A stretch of 64,000 nt of DNA from a virus (Duplodnaviria; Caudoviricetes), in the IMG/VR virus record IMGVR_UViG_3300032216_001891, positions 32,001 through 96,000 of that record; one strand, written 5' to 3'. Numbering within the stretch: position 1 is the stretch's first letter; each line of letters opens with the position of its first letter. A program made the position numbers and the translations under genes. Shown piece by piece: positions 1-10,300 of this stretch. The notes under the pieces are model-generated. The model did no database searches. It was not told the origin of the DNA and was given only the letters and a program-made list of their open reading frames with translations.

Positions 1-2
1 GG

Positions 3-1184
3 ATCGTCTTCTTCGCTCTTCACTGCCAACTGTTGTTGCAAGCTGGCCACACTGGCTCTATGTTGCACAGCATCTTGTTCTTGGTCGTAAAATGTTGCAG
101 GTTCTGTGCCCAATTCACCCAATGCGGTTACGGCTTCTGTAAATGCTACTCGATCGTTAGTAAATGTAATCGAGTTTTCTTCAGCAATGCTGAGATCCTG
201 CCGTTTAGCCTCCAAGACCTGTACATGCTTTGCGTCGTGAAACTCCTGCCCACAGGTGTGACACTGATGGTCACGGAGTGTTGCAATTTCCTTTTGGAGT
301 TTTTCAATAGCCTTACCTTCACGTATTTGATCCTGTATGGCTCGTTGAAGATAGGACTGTATGTCACTGATGTCTTTCTTCTTTTGACGATACGCTGTAA
401 GTGCCCGATGTGCCCCGATTTCTTCATCAATATCAATTTCAAGTAACTGATCGAGAGCAGTTTCCAATCGCGAGATGTCTTCGTCATGCTTGTTTTTCCA
501 TAGTGTTTGTCTACGCTTTAAGTTTTCGATTTGTTCTTCGATACGCTTGTTAGCATCTCCCACAGCCTTGATACGATATTCTTCTTGTGTAATAGCATCC
601 TTGGTAGTTTTACTCAATTCTTTAAGCCTATCGGCTTTTTCGCTTAGTAATGTAATGCCCAGCAACTGTTCAATGATAGATCTTTGATCATTGGCACGCA
701 GGGCAAGAAATGGTTCTGTGTAAGTGTTGAGTGCCACAATGTGTTTGAACATGTCGTGCGTCATGCCCAGCATGCGTTCTATGTCGGCCTGGGTCTCTCT
801 CGAATCACCCTGAGCATCATCTGTGATTTCTCGTTCGGTATCTCCAACAAAGAAACGCATGACATTGGGTTTTCTGCCGCGTTCGATTCTGTAAGTTTCG
901 CCGTCTTTTTCAAAATCCACAGTCACCATCATGTTTTTTTGATTGGTTTTATTGATCAAGTTTTCTTTACGGATATTGGTCAGTGCGTTGCCGTACAAGG
1001 CATAACTGAGAGCATTGATGATAGTGGTCTTACCGGTACCGTTTCTAGCACCGGAATCGTCTCCGCCCAGGTCTAAGTTTTCGCCCAACACCAAGGTCAA
1101 GTCTCTTCGGTCAAAGTTCACGGCCTGGGTGCTGTTGCCCACACTCATGAAGTTCTTCACTGTTAAATCTTTTATCTTAAACAA
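3..1184 (-). CDS. gp46: Recombination endonuclease ATPase subunit (T4 gp46 / SbcC-Rad50-like), 3' end truncated by window edge
   Basis: Not in ORF track (runs off window). Manual translation from TTG at 1184: (M)FKIKDLTVKNFMSVGN...GARNGTGKTTIINALSYALYG (Walker A), coiled coil, zinc hook CHTC; directly downstream of gp47. Confidence 0.92.
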   Translation of the reverse strand, partial: MFKIKDLTVKNFMSVGNSTQAVNFDRRDLTLVLGENLDLGGDDSGARNGTGKTTIINALSYALYGNALTNIRKENLINKTNQKNMMVTVDFEKDGETYRIERGRKPNVMRFFVGDTEREITDDAQGDSRETQADIERMLGMTHDMFKHIVALNTYTEPFLALRANDQRSIIEQLLGITLLSEKADRLKELSKTTKDAITQEEYRIKAVGDANKRIEEQIENLKRRQTLWKNKHDEDISRLETALDQLLEIDIDEEIGAHRALTAYRQKKKDISDIQSYLQRAIQDQIREGKAIEKLQKEIATLRDHQCHTCGQEFHDAKHVQVLEAKRQDLSIAEENSITFTNDRVAFTEAVTALGELGTEPATFYDQEQDAVQHRASVASLQQQLAVKSEEDD

Positions 1185-1185
1185 A

Positions 1186-2205
1186 TTATAAATTCCTATA
1201 GATATCTAATAACAGATTTTTATTGAATTGTTCGCTTTCAATATTGCTCAACTGCCCAAAAACAATTTGATCCACACTTTCAAAATTGATGTTGCCGGCT
1301 ATTTCGTAATCGGTCAAGTCGGTTGCTTTGGCGGGAATCAGTGTGATTTCTCTAAGTTTGTAAGTATCGATGAATGTTTCTTTGATGAATGTGGCTTCTT
1401 CGTAGCTGATGTCGATGTCTAAATTAACTCTCACATGCATGTTAGGCTCCAGCATGGCTTCGGTGTTTTTCAGCACATCACTGAGTTGGAACACACGATA
1501 GCGAGGTTGATCGGGCCAAGAATGATACACCGGCGGCCGATCCCACTCCAGTATCATTAAGCCTCGATCATCGTCGCCGGCATCAGCATAGTTGTGCGGG
1601 AAACAGTTGCCCAAGTATGTGACATTGCCTCGAGTCTGTCGCTTGTGAAAATGTCCAGAATACACATGCTCAAATCCCGTCAAATCCGTTTTAGGATTTA
1701 CTTCACCGTGATCGGGCATGGCCACCATGGCATTCATCAAGTAGCCCGGCAGTTCAAAATGTCCAAACATGTACTTGCCGGACAATTTCTTTAGTCGTTT
1801 GTAGTCGTCGCCCACCAACCACGGAGCAATAGTAACATCGCCGATACTAGTCCAATCGTTACAAATATGGATGTTAGCCAAGTGTCGGGCCCACTCCACA
1901 CTTTGTACATCACGCTTGTCACGATAATATAAATCGTGATTGCCGGGAATAAAGAATGTTTGCGAAAAGTTTTCATTTAAATGCTCCAAGGCACGTAGGC
2001 TGTAGCCCAGTGTGAGAATATTGATGCTGGCTCGATTGTTGTGCCAGTCACCGGTAAAAATACAAGTTTCACAGCCCTCTGCACGAGCACGAGCAGTAGC
2101 CCATTTGACAAAATTAAGGCAGTCCTCGTTGTGCAAGGTGCTGTTGCTTTTCAAGCCAAAATGGATGTCGGTGAAAACTGCTGCTTTTTTAAATAAGTTG
2201 GTCAT
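1186..2205 (-). CDS. gp47: Recombination endonuclease nuclease subunit (T4 gp47 / SbcD-Mre11 metallophosphoesterase)
   Basis: Motifs DIHFG, GDWH, GNHD, GHFE, SGHFH; likely start MTNLFKK at 2205. Confidence 0.93.
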   Translation of the reverse strand: MTNLFKKAAVFTDIHFGLKSNSTLHNEDCLNFVKWATARARAEGCETCIFTGDWHNNRASINILTLGYSLRALEHLNENFSQTFFIPGNHDLYYRDKRDVQSVEWARHLANIHICNDWTSIGDVTIAPWLVGDDYKRLKKLSGKYMFGHFELPGYLMNAMVAMPDHGEVNPKTDLTGFEHVYSGHFHKRQTRGNVTYLGNCFPHNYADAGDDDRGLMILEWDRPPVYHSWPDQPRYRVFQLSDVLKNTEAMLEPNMHVRVNLDIDISYEEATFIKETFIDTYKLREITLIPAKATDLTDYEIAGNINFESVDQIVFGQLSNIESEQFNKNLLLDIYRNL

Positions 2206-2213
2206 ATAGTCAC

Positions 2214-2242
2214 AGTATAAACAGAAATTTGACAAAGATCAA
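2214..2242 (-). promoter_or_regulatory. Sigma70-like promoter for gp47-gp46
   Basis: Minus strand TTGATC-17 nt-TATACT; ATG 8 nt after the -10 box, no SD. Confidence 0.6.
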
Positions 2243-2249
2243 ATCTATT

Positions 2250-3125
2250 TTACTCGTCTGCACCGTGTCCCATGCCCGAACCCCAGTCGCCCTGACGTGT
2301 GTAACTGGGAGTTAATCCATTCATTTCCAATATGTCATCGCGAAGATTTTGGCTTCGCTTCTCAACATTGAGCACTCTGGTAAAACTATTAGTGATGGCA
2401 GCAGTGTAATAGGCAAACGGGTTGGCACTTTTTGATTCATCAAATTTCAATCCAATAGCACTCAATTGCAACAACGCTTCGCTACGCATTTCGTCATTGT
2501 AAGTGTAGCCTCGCCAATTGCTACGTGTGGCATAGCGTTCGCACAGTTTTACAAACATGTGTGCCAGCTTTGGAGTCATTTTTCCGTGATCCTTTGAAAA
2601 TTTACCAGTTTTCATGCCACCGGTCCAGTGGCTTTTGCCCACACACACAGCTTTGCCTTCTGCATCGATCTTCCAGTGTTGAAACGGTGGAAAATTCACT
2701 TTGACATATTTGTTGTATGTGGTGTCTAGTTCATCGTATTCGGTAATAAGCGGATCTTCTGTATCATTAATCTCCAATGCTGTCATGCGAGCCTTTTTAG
2801 TTTTAGCATCATCAAGTGGAATGTGATCCCAAGTCATGATACGAAAAACTACATCAGTGTCAGCAATGTCTCGAAGTTTAATTTCAAACTCATCCAGTTT
2901 TCTTTTGACACCGGTTTCAGCAACTGCGGCTTCGTGGGCCACGCGAGACAATCGCTCGGCACGCAATTTGCGAGCTTCCAAGGTGTTCTTTTTATTAATT
3001 TTTTCTACACCGGGCAGTATCATGTCGTATTCTTGATATTCTTGACGAGTATAACTGCAATAAGTGGTTTTACTTTTGTGTATCTCTTTGAGAATATCTT
3101 TGTTGTTGAGGTAATTTGATTTAAT
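2250..3125 (-). CDS. gp55: Late-transcription sigma factor (T4 gp55-like); probable ATT start at 3125
   Basis: NWRGYTYNDEM and FDESKSANPFAYYT motifs. The N-terminal NYLNNKDILKEI motif lies in frame upstream of the ORF-track ATG (3023); AGGAGA SD 6 nt before ATT. Confidence 0.88.
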   Translation of the reverse strand: MKSNYLNNKDILKEIHKSKTTYCSYTRQEYQEYDMILPGVEKINKKNTLEARKLRAERLSRVAHEAAVAETGVKRKLDEFEIKLRDIADTDVVFRIMTWDHIPLDDAKTKKARMTALEINDTEDPLITEYDELDTTYNKYVKVNFPPFQHWKIDAEGKAVCVGKSHWTGGMKTGKFSKDHGKMTPKLAHMFVKLCERYATRSNWRGYTYNDEMRSEALLQLSAIGLKFDESKSANPFAYYTAAITNSFTRVLNVEKRSQNLRDDILEMNGLTPSYTRQGDWGSGMGHGADE

Positions 3126-3164
3126 TTTAGTTCTCCTAAAGGCTGTCTCACGACAGGTTAGTGT

Positions 3165-3193
3165 ATACTAACACATTTACGCACAATGAACAA
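3165..3193 (-). promoter_or_regulatory. Sigma70-like promoter for gp55 overlapping a near-palindrome
   Basis: Minus strand TTGTTC-17 nt-TAGTAT with TGn extension; the -10 lies in GTTAGTGTATACTAAC (3157-3172). Confidence 0.5.
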
Positions 3194-3225
3194 CCACTTT
3201 TATAATAATAGCAGTTTATTTTGTT

Positions 3226-3233
3226 TATAAATA
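3226..3233 (+). promoter_or_regulatory. T4-type late promoter TATAAATA
   Basis: Exact T4 late consensus upstream of the first baseplate gene. Confidence 0.75.
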
Positions 3234-3260
3234 CTGTATAACTTAATTATCACTACACCT

Positions 3261-4172
3261 ATGCCAGCTCAATATTTCGACGACGGTTCCAGTATTCAAA
3301 CATTTGATGACGGCTCTACACTGAGTGTGGGCAACGACGGATTGCTATCCTCCAGTCCCAGTAGCGATGCTGTTACAGATAAAGGCTCGGCCTCCAGCTG
3401 GTGGGATATGAGCAGTATACGAAAACGAGCCGCGGGATTATTTTCCGGTGGAGCTCAAACCGACCGTGTAGTGACTGCACCACGAGTAAACACCTTGAGC
3501 CAAGGCCAAGCTCAACCCTTGGATTGGCGAGTACGCATCAGTTTATCGGGCAGGAGCTGGACTCCGTTGATGGACGATGCCGATTCATCACTATTGTCTC
3601 CCTTGACTAGAACAGCAGAAACAGGAGTTATTTTCCCCTATACCCCTGCAATAACTGTGGCACACAATGCTAGATATCAAGAACAAGCACTGACACACAG
3701 CAATTATAAAAATTATTTTTATGAAGGATCGGATGTGGCTGCCATCACCATTGCAGGAGATTTCACCGTGCAAACAGTAGATGAAGGACAATATCTATTG
3801 GCAGCTATATACTTTTTTAGAACCTGTACTAAAATGTTTTTTGGCAATGAACAAAATGCCGGGAACCCACCGCCTATAGTATTTTTAGATGGCTATGGCG
3901 ACTACTATTTTCCGCATGTGAGTTGCGTAGTTACAAACTTCACACACACCATGCCCGATAGTGTGGACTATTTAGAAATTCCTGTGGGATCTTCAGCCAC
4001 AGTGTTCCCTGGTACTAAACCTGCCGCCAACAAATTGGTGAGATTGCCCACAGCCAGTCAAATATCAGTAACAGTACAACCAGTGTACAGCAGAGCCAAT
4101 GTGTACAAAAACTTTACCTTGGGTAAATTTGCACAAGGTAAACTATTGTCCGGCAACGGAGGATTCCTATAA
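3261..4172 (+). CDS. Baseplate/tail-tube initiator-like protein (gp48/gp54-like position)
   Basis: FPYTP...ITIAGDF...PPPIVFLDGYG pattern of tube-fold baseplate proteins; precedes gp53. Confidence 0.6.
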   Translation: MPAQYFDDGSSIQTFDDGSTLSVGNDGLLSSSPSSDAVTDKGSASSWWDMSSIRKRAAGLFSGGAQTDRVVTAPRVNTLSQGQAQPLDWRVRISLSGRSWTPLMDDADSSLLSPLTRTAETGVIFPYTPAITVAHNARYQEQALTHSNYKNYFYEGSDVAAITIAGDFTVQTVDEGQYLLAAIYFFRTCTKMFFGNEQNAGNPPPIVFLDGYGDYYFPHVSCVVTNFTHTMPDSVDYLEIPVGSSATVFPGTKPAANKLVRLPTASQISVTVQPVYSRANVYKNFTLGKFAQGKLLSGNGGFL

Positions 4173-4477
4173 TGGTTGCACCTGCTTACAGTAAATTTAG
4201 CCCATATTTTGCTACTACGAGTTTTGGACAGTTTCTTGACATACTGGAACCGAGAACCATCACAGCTCTCAACGATGATGTGGTGTACACTATAGATGCA
4301 ATTTATCAATTTCGCCCCGACCTGTTGGCATTTGACTTGTACGGCGACAGTGCTTTGTGGTGGGTGTTTGCTGCTCGTAATCCCAATGTAATTGAAGATC
4401 CCCTGTTGGATTTTCGCGCCGGAGTAGTGATACAGATTCCCACCAAGTCTCAATTGACTGCAGATCTAGGTATTTAA
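4172..4477 (+). CDS. gp53: Baseplate wedge protein gp53-like (LysM-like)
   Basis: RPDLLAFDLYGDSALWWVFAARN...IQIP signature. Confidence 0.85.
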   Translation: MVAPAYSKFSPYFATTSFGQFLDILEPRTITALNDDVVYTIDAIYQFRPDLLAFDLYGDSALWWVFAARNPNVIEDPLLDFRAGVVIQIPTKSQLTADLGI

Positions 4478-4478
4478 T

Positions 4479-7283
4479 ATGCCCATAAGCAGATTAAATC
4501 CTGTGGTGTCAGAAATCAATGCTAGAGCCAGTTCTAAAACTGCCACCGACGCTGTGGTCAAAGACAATGTTCCTGTTTTTACCCAGAATCAATTGTATCA
4601 GCCTGTTGAAGTTGCTAGAACACAAAACACAGGTACCGCGGTTCCCGCGGGTACCACTGAATTAACCACAGAAGAGTCGGCTCGCATTGACCCTTACAAT
4701 CCCAATTCGTGGGGCAGTGAAGGCGCCGCAGTGCCGTATACTCCCAACCCGGCACAACAGTCCGCATCAAACCAGCCCACCAGCCGCGGTAATCAAGCCG
4801 GAGGAGTGTTGACTCCTGCAGACCAATCCTCAAAGAAAAACACTTCCAATGCCGACGCAGACACAGCGGTGAGTTATCAAGTCTCGGGCAATCGATTAAG
4901 TCAATACAACAATTACACCTACGGTTTAAGTCTACATGCACTTAGCCAAGAGGACTACAGACAGCTGAACAACGATCCAAAAAGTTTTGCCATAGGTAAA
5001 GAACGTACACTGATCAGTTCTGCCAGTAGACACCATGCCACTAGGAATCAGTTTTTTACTGATGATTTTTACTTTAATGATTTAAAGTTGAGCACTGTGA
5101 TTGGACTCAATGCCACCAGTAGATCCAGCAACGCAATTGAAATTTCTTTTACTATTATTGAGCCCTACGGTATGACGTTGATTAATAGATTACTGGATCT
5201 CAGTGAAACTACACTGCAAATAGAAAACTATTTGCAAATTCCCTACATATTGGAAATTGATTTTTTTGGGTACAACGACGCCGGCGACATTGAGAAAAAA
5301 ATTACAGAATTAAATAAAAAAATTCCCATTAAACTAACCAATATGAAAATGCGAGCCACTGTGCAAGGCACCGAATATCAAATCACAGCAGTGCCATTTA
5401 ACCACCAGGCCAATTTTTATAATACACAATCACTTAAAACCACAGTAGAAGTCACAGCCAGTACTGTGGGCGAGTATCTCAACGATCGAGGGGCAGATGT
5501 TGCAACTGTCAACTCCTCCAATTCTGTATACACTAATATTAAAAAAGACAACGAGAGAAAAGAAACAATGGCCAAAAACATGTCCGCTCCTCCAGAGCTG
5601 GATCCAGAGGCCTATGGAATCACTGTTGCTAAACCAAACAATGCCCAAGCAACCACAGCACTTGATAAAAATGGAGGATCAACCTCCGCAGGGTCCGAAA
5701 GCAGTTTAAATCTTGTGGTCAAAACAAATCGAGGATTTGCAGCTGCCTACAATGCTTGGTACAAAACACTGGTGACGAATCGAGATCCTGCTATCCTAGT
5801 GCCAGATGAAATCTTTTTTAACATCACCAGCGACAAAATAAAAAATGCCCGTGTGGTTCCAAACAAAAAACTCAATGTAAACAAAGAAGAAATGGACAGC
5901 AGCGAAGCAAGTAAAAAAGCTAATGAAACAAACAAAGGCACAGGCGGAACAACAGCAGTTATTGCGGGCCAAGGCTCCAGTCAAACATTTACTGTCAATG
6001 CTGGAACTTCAATCCAATCGGTTATAGAACAGGTGATCACCAACAGCGAATTTATTACTAACCAACTAAAGGCCGAGGGCAGTCAAGCCAAAGATTCGTC
6101 TATTCCAACCAGTGCTGATGCACTCAGCAAGGCCGTGGGCAATAAGGATATAAATTGGTTCAAGGTGGTGCCCAAAGTTGAACTGACTAAGTTTGACAGC
6201 GAACGCCAAGAGTGGGGTAAAAAAATAACATTTGTCATCAGCGAATACATACATTACAATACCAGTGATGACCGTGCACCAAAATCTCGCTTGCCCCGGC
6301 CGGTTAAAGATTATCAATATTTCTACACGGGAAAAAATCAAGATGTTATTTCCTTTGATTTGGATTTTAATACTTTATTTTACACTGCTATAAACTTGGA
6401 CAAAAACGCCAAGACTGTGTCGGCAATGACACCCAACTCCAATGATGCCAACAAAGACAAGGATTCATCAAACAAGTCAAAAAAAACAGGATATCAAAAT
6501 GTGCTGAATGCCACAAAACAACCGTTGAGTGCCGATAATCCCAATTCCAGCGGCAGTAATTTAACCACTGCTGCGGCACAAAAAAATACCAGTTTTAGAA
6601 GTAGCATTTACAATCAAATTGGCGGCGACATGTTGAATTTAAAATTAAACATCATGGGCGACCCAGATTTTATTAAACAGGATGACATACTGTATTCCAT
6701 TGGCACTGCAGGATATACTCCAAATCAACAATTTGTCAACGGCGACACCGGCAGTTTGGTAATGGATCGCGGGGTTATATTGTGTAATGTGACATTTCAC
6801 ACTCCCTCGGACATTGACGAGGCCACTGGAGGACTGAGTTTTTACCGAGGTAACAAAAACAGCAGTAGTTTCAGTGGGCTATATCAACTGATAAAAGTCA
6901 CCAGCGAATTTCGCAGTGGTAAATTTACCCAAACTCTAGAAGGTTTTAGACTGAGAAATCAGCCCGGCGACGGTAAAGAAGACAGTGCCAGTGATTCCCA
7001 AAGAAACAACGAACCCACCGCGCCAAAAAACCTTGGTGCTGTGGTACAGAAAGCTAACACAGTTATTATCGACAATGCAAAAAAAGAGCCCAACAAAGAA
7101 GCAGAAACTATTGCTGATGAAACATTTGAAACCCCACCAGTGGCCACTACAGAATTAAGAGATGCTCCCGAGTTAGACCCTGATGCATACGGATTACAAA
7201 CAGTGGTAGATACTGCACCCACAGTGGCAATTGGTGACAACTCGATCACCACTGGTGAATCAATAATAGGTTACTCTATATAA
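4479..7283 (+). CDS. Baseplate hub protein (gp27/gpD-like) with low-complexity insertions
   Basis: Lies between gp53 and gp5; FTIIEPYG, IMGDP, FSGLYQLIKVTSEF..GKFTQTL motifs. Confidence 0.6.
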   Translation: MPISRLNPVVSEINARASSKTATDAVVKDNVPVFTQNQLYQPVEVARTQNTGTAVPAGTTELTTEESARIDPYNPNSWGSEGAAVPYTPNPAQQSASNQPTSRGNQAGGVLTPADQSSKKNTSNADADTAVSYQVSGNRLSQYNNYTYGLSLHALSQEDYRQLNNDPKSFAIGKERTLISSASRHHATRNQFFTDDFYFNDLKLSTVIGLNATSRSSNAIEISFTIIEPYGMTLINRLLDLSETTLQIENYLQIPYILEIDFFGYNDAGDIEKKITELNKKIPIKLTNMKMRATVQGTEYQITAVPFNHQANFYNTQSLKTTVEVTASTVGEYLNDRGADVATVNSSNSVYTNIKKDNERKETMAKNMSAPPELDPEAYGITVAKPNNAQATTALDKNGGSTSAGSESSLNLVVKTNRGFAAAYNAWYKTLVTNRDPAILVPDEIFFNITSDKIKNARVVPNKKLNVNKEEMDSSEASKKANETNKGTGGTTAVIAGQGSSQTFTVNAGTSIQSVIEQVITNSEFITNQLKAEGSQAKDSSIPTSADALSKAVGNKDINWFKVVPKVELTKFDSERQEWGKKITFVISEYIHYNTSDDRAPKSRLPRPVKDYQYFYTGKNQDVISFDLDFNTLFYTAINLDKNAKTVSAMTPNSNDANKDKDSSNKSKKTGYQNVLNATKQPLSADNPNSSGSNLTTAAAQKNTSFRSSIYNQIGGDMLNLKLNIMGDPDFIKQDDILYSIGTAGYTPNQQFVNGDTGSLVMDRGVILCNVTFHTPSDIDEATGGLSFYRGNKNSSSFSGLYQLIKVTSEFRSGKFTQTLEGFRLRNQPGDGKEDSASDSQRNNEPTAPKNLGAVVQKANTVIIDNAKKEPNKEAETIADETFETPPVATTELRDAPELDPDAYGLQTVVDTAPTVAIGDNSITTGESIIGYSI

Positions 7284-7289
7284 CATCAA

Positions 7290-7297
7290 CTTAAATA
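7290..7297 (+). promoter_or_regulatory. Late promoter CTTAAATA
   Basis: TAAATA core 6 nt before the gp5 ATG, no SD. Confidence 0.6.
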
Positions 7298-7303
7298 CAC
7301 ATT

Positions 7304-10300
7304 ATGCCATTAGATAAAATAGCAGGAACCAAAATACCCAAATGGGCCACGAGAGAAGGTGTCTCGGGCATCAAGTTTGACACAGCCACATTCATGGGAG
7401 TGGTAAAGGACAACCGAGATCCCCGCAAACTGGGCAGATTACGAGTGTGGATTCCAGAATTTGGCCTAGGCGATCCCAGTGTAGAAACAGCATGGCAAAC
7501 AGTAAATTATGCCAGTCCGTTTTTTGGTGCAACATTTGTGGGAGATAAAACCACAAACAATCAATTTGAAACAACCAATCACACCTACGGCATGTGGATG
7601 GTACCCCCGGATGTTGGTAACCAAGTGCTGTGTACCTTTGTCAACGGAGACCCCGATCGTGGCTACTGGTTTGCTTGTGTCAACCCCACTATAGGGCATT
7701 ACATGGTTCCAGCCTTGGCCGGTGCTAGAAAAACCGACACCGAGTTGGCCAGTGCAGATTTAAAAAGCAGTTTGGTCACTGACGGTAGTCAAGTATTGCC
7801 GGTGGCAGAATACAACGAAAATCGCGACGATGCTTTTGCACCTGATGCTTATAATAACGCTAGGCCCATACACGAATTTCAAGCCAATGTACTGTTTCAA
7901 CAAGGCCTAGACCGAGATGCAGTTAGAGGAGCAATAAGCTCTAATAGCCAAAGAGAAAGTCCCAGTCATGTGTTTGGTATCAGTACTCCGGGACGAGCCT
8001 TGGGCAACGATCCCTCTGACGATCCTGAGTATGAGAAAAAACTAGCCAATGGCTCGATCAATATTCTTGACTACGAAGTCAAGGCTAGAAAAGGTGGTCA
8101 CACCTTTGTCATGGACGACGGTGATGTCACAGGAAATGATCAGTTGGTACGCATACGGTCATCTGCAGGACATCAGATCTTAATGAACGACACCGAAGGC
8201 ATCATGTTCATCATTAACTCCAGTGGCAGTAGCTGGATTGAGTTGAGTAAAAATGGCGACATGAACATCTATAACGGTGGTAGTTTCAGTGTTCGTGCTC
8301 AAGGAGATATAAATCTACGTGCAGACAAGAACGTCAATATCGAAGCCGGCAGTGCTTTGAATTTACGAGGTGGCACCTATGTCAACGCAGTCAGCGCCGA
8401 TATTAATATTTCGGCCACTAGTACCACCAACGTTCACGGAGCTAAAACCAATATTGGTGCCAGCGGCAAATTGATCGTGGGCGGTGGTGTAGTATCTGTG
8501 GGCTCTGACGGTGCCTTGGAGCTCAAAGGCGGCTCTGTGGCACTGGACACTGGCGGAGCCAACAATGCCGGGTCGGGAGTGAGTTTGCAAACTCGACAGT
8601 TTCCCGACACTAGTTACGATACTAAAACTCGACTATGGAACAGTGTAGCTGATCAGGCTGCCAGCATAGTGACAATATTTCCAGCACACCAACCTTGGGT
8701 TAAATCTTCTACACCTGGTGCTGGAACCGAAGCACCTATACAGATATTGCCAGTGAGTGTATGTCCACCTAGAACTGCCGCATCCCCTGGCGACTATATA
8801 TTACCCAAACCCAATGGAAATAAATTAGACCAGGGTAGAGTTGGCATGAATACTGCCAAAGGGTCAGCACCGTGGACCACAGACACAGCATTTTTAGAAA
8901 AAACCAAACAGGTGGCCTCTGCTGTGGGCTTTGCTAGTTATTTAGATTTGTTGGCGGCGATGATGTTGGAAACTATCTACACGTTTGATCCTAACATTAG
9001 GGGTGGATATAAAGACTTGTATGTGGGCCTGATTCAATTTGGGCCAGATGCAGCCAAAGAACAACGCACAACCACACAAGCCTTACAACAACTGAATCGA
9101 GTACAACAATTAGATAATGTTCAAACATATTTGTTAAATCGTAAACGAGAACGCAAGATAACTACTTTTAGACTCTGCGATGTCTATGCTTGTATAAACT
9201 GGCCGGCAGCAGCAGGTCAAGATCTTGGCTATATCTGTTATGGTGGAACCCAAGGTAATCCTGCTGGAAAAACTTATTCTGATCTTCAAGTCACTGCTTA
9301 TACCGCCAACAGTTTATTTGATACTGCTAAAAAAGGCTACATAACCTTGGGCGATTTCCAAACATACATGGAAGGGTATTTAACAAAAGTCAAACAAGCA
9401 CTAGCCAATGCTGGTGCAGTTGATCCCGCAGGAACACTACAATCCGGTTCGGGAATTAAAGTCACAGACAGTTCAGGAAATGCCATAGCTTCAGGATCTA
9501 AAACCACCAGTGCCAACACCGACGTCGGCATCAACAACGCATACGGTCGCACAGTATCATCCAGCTGTCCCAAAGATTGGTTAGGCAAGCAAGAAGTATA
9601 TAAATCTCCAACAGCCATCAGTAGCACAGCCCCCTTGTTGACCCAGGCCTACACTACTAATATGCATGCCGAACTGGGCTATTTTGAAAGCCAGTGGGAC
9701 TATGCCAGCACTGGTGGAAAAACCTCAACACCCGCAGGTGCAACTATTAACGTCGGCACCAAAGGTACAATATTGGTCATGGGCGACAGTATTGCTTATG
9801 GCACCGGCCAAGCACTACAGAAGAAATTGTCCGCAACCAGTGTCATGGCTCGAGTTGGCGACAACAGTACAACCATATTGTCCAATGCCAAAAATCCTCC
9901 AGCTCCGGCTGTGGGACGTGTAGGAACTTATCAAGATTATCAGTACGAAAATGATTGGGTAGGCAAGGTCAAAGTAGCAGTTATATCCTGTGGTAGTAAC
10001 GACATTGTCAAAGGTGTAGGCAACAAGGCACAGTTAATTGAGAACTTAAAAGCCATTAGATCTGCGTTACGAGCAGAAAAATACATTTGGATTTTACCCT
10101 ACGACAGCATAGCCTGCGGAGCCGTAACGCAAGTTGCCAACCTCACCGGCGATAAAACACTGTCTCTAACCGATTACTCTAGTGTTGATACACCACCACT
10201 ACACCCACAAGCCTACCCACCTGTAGCAGTTGCACTACAAAAAATGATAACCGAAATAACAGCTGGATCACCCGGCAGTGACACTACAGCCAAGGCCGCC

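Noticed and set aside
33-1076. Plus-strand and off-frame ORFs at the left end
   Set aside because: They overlap the gp46 frame, which has clear Walker A and zinc-hook motifs.
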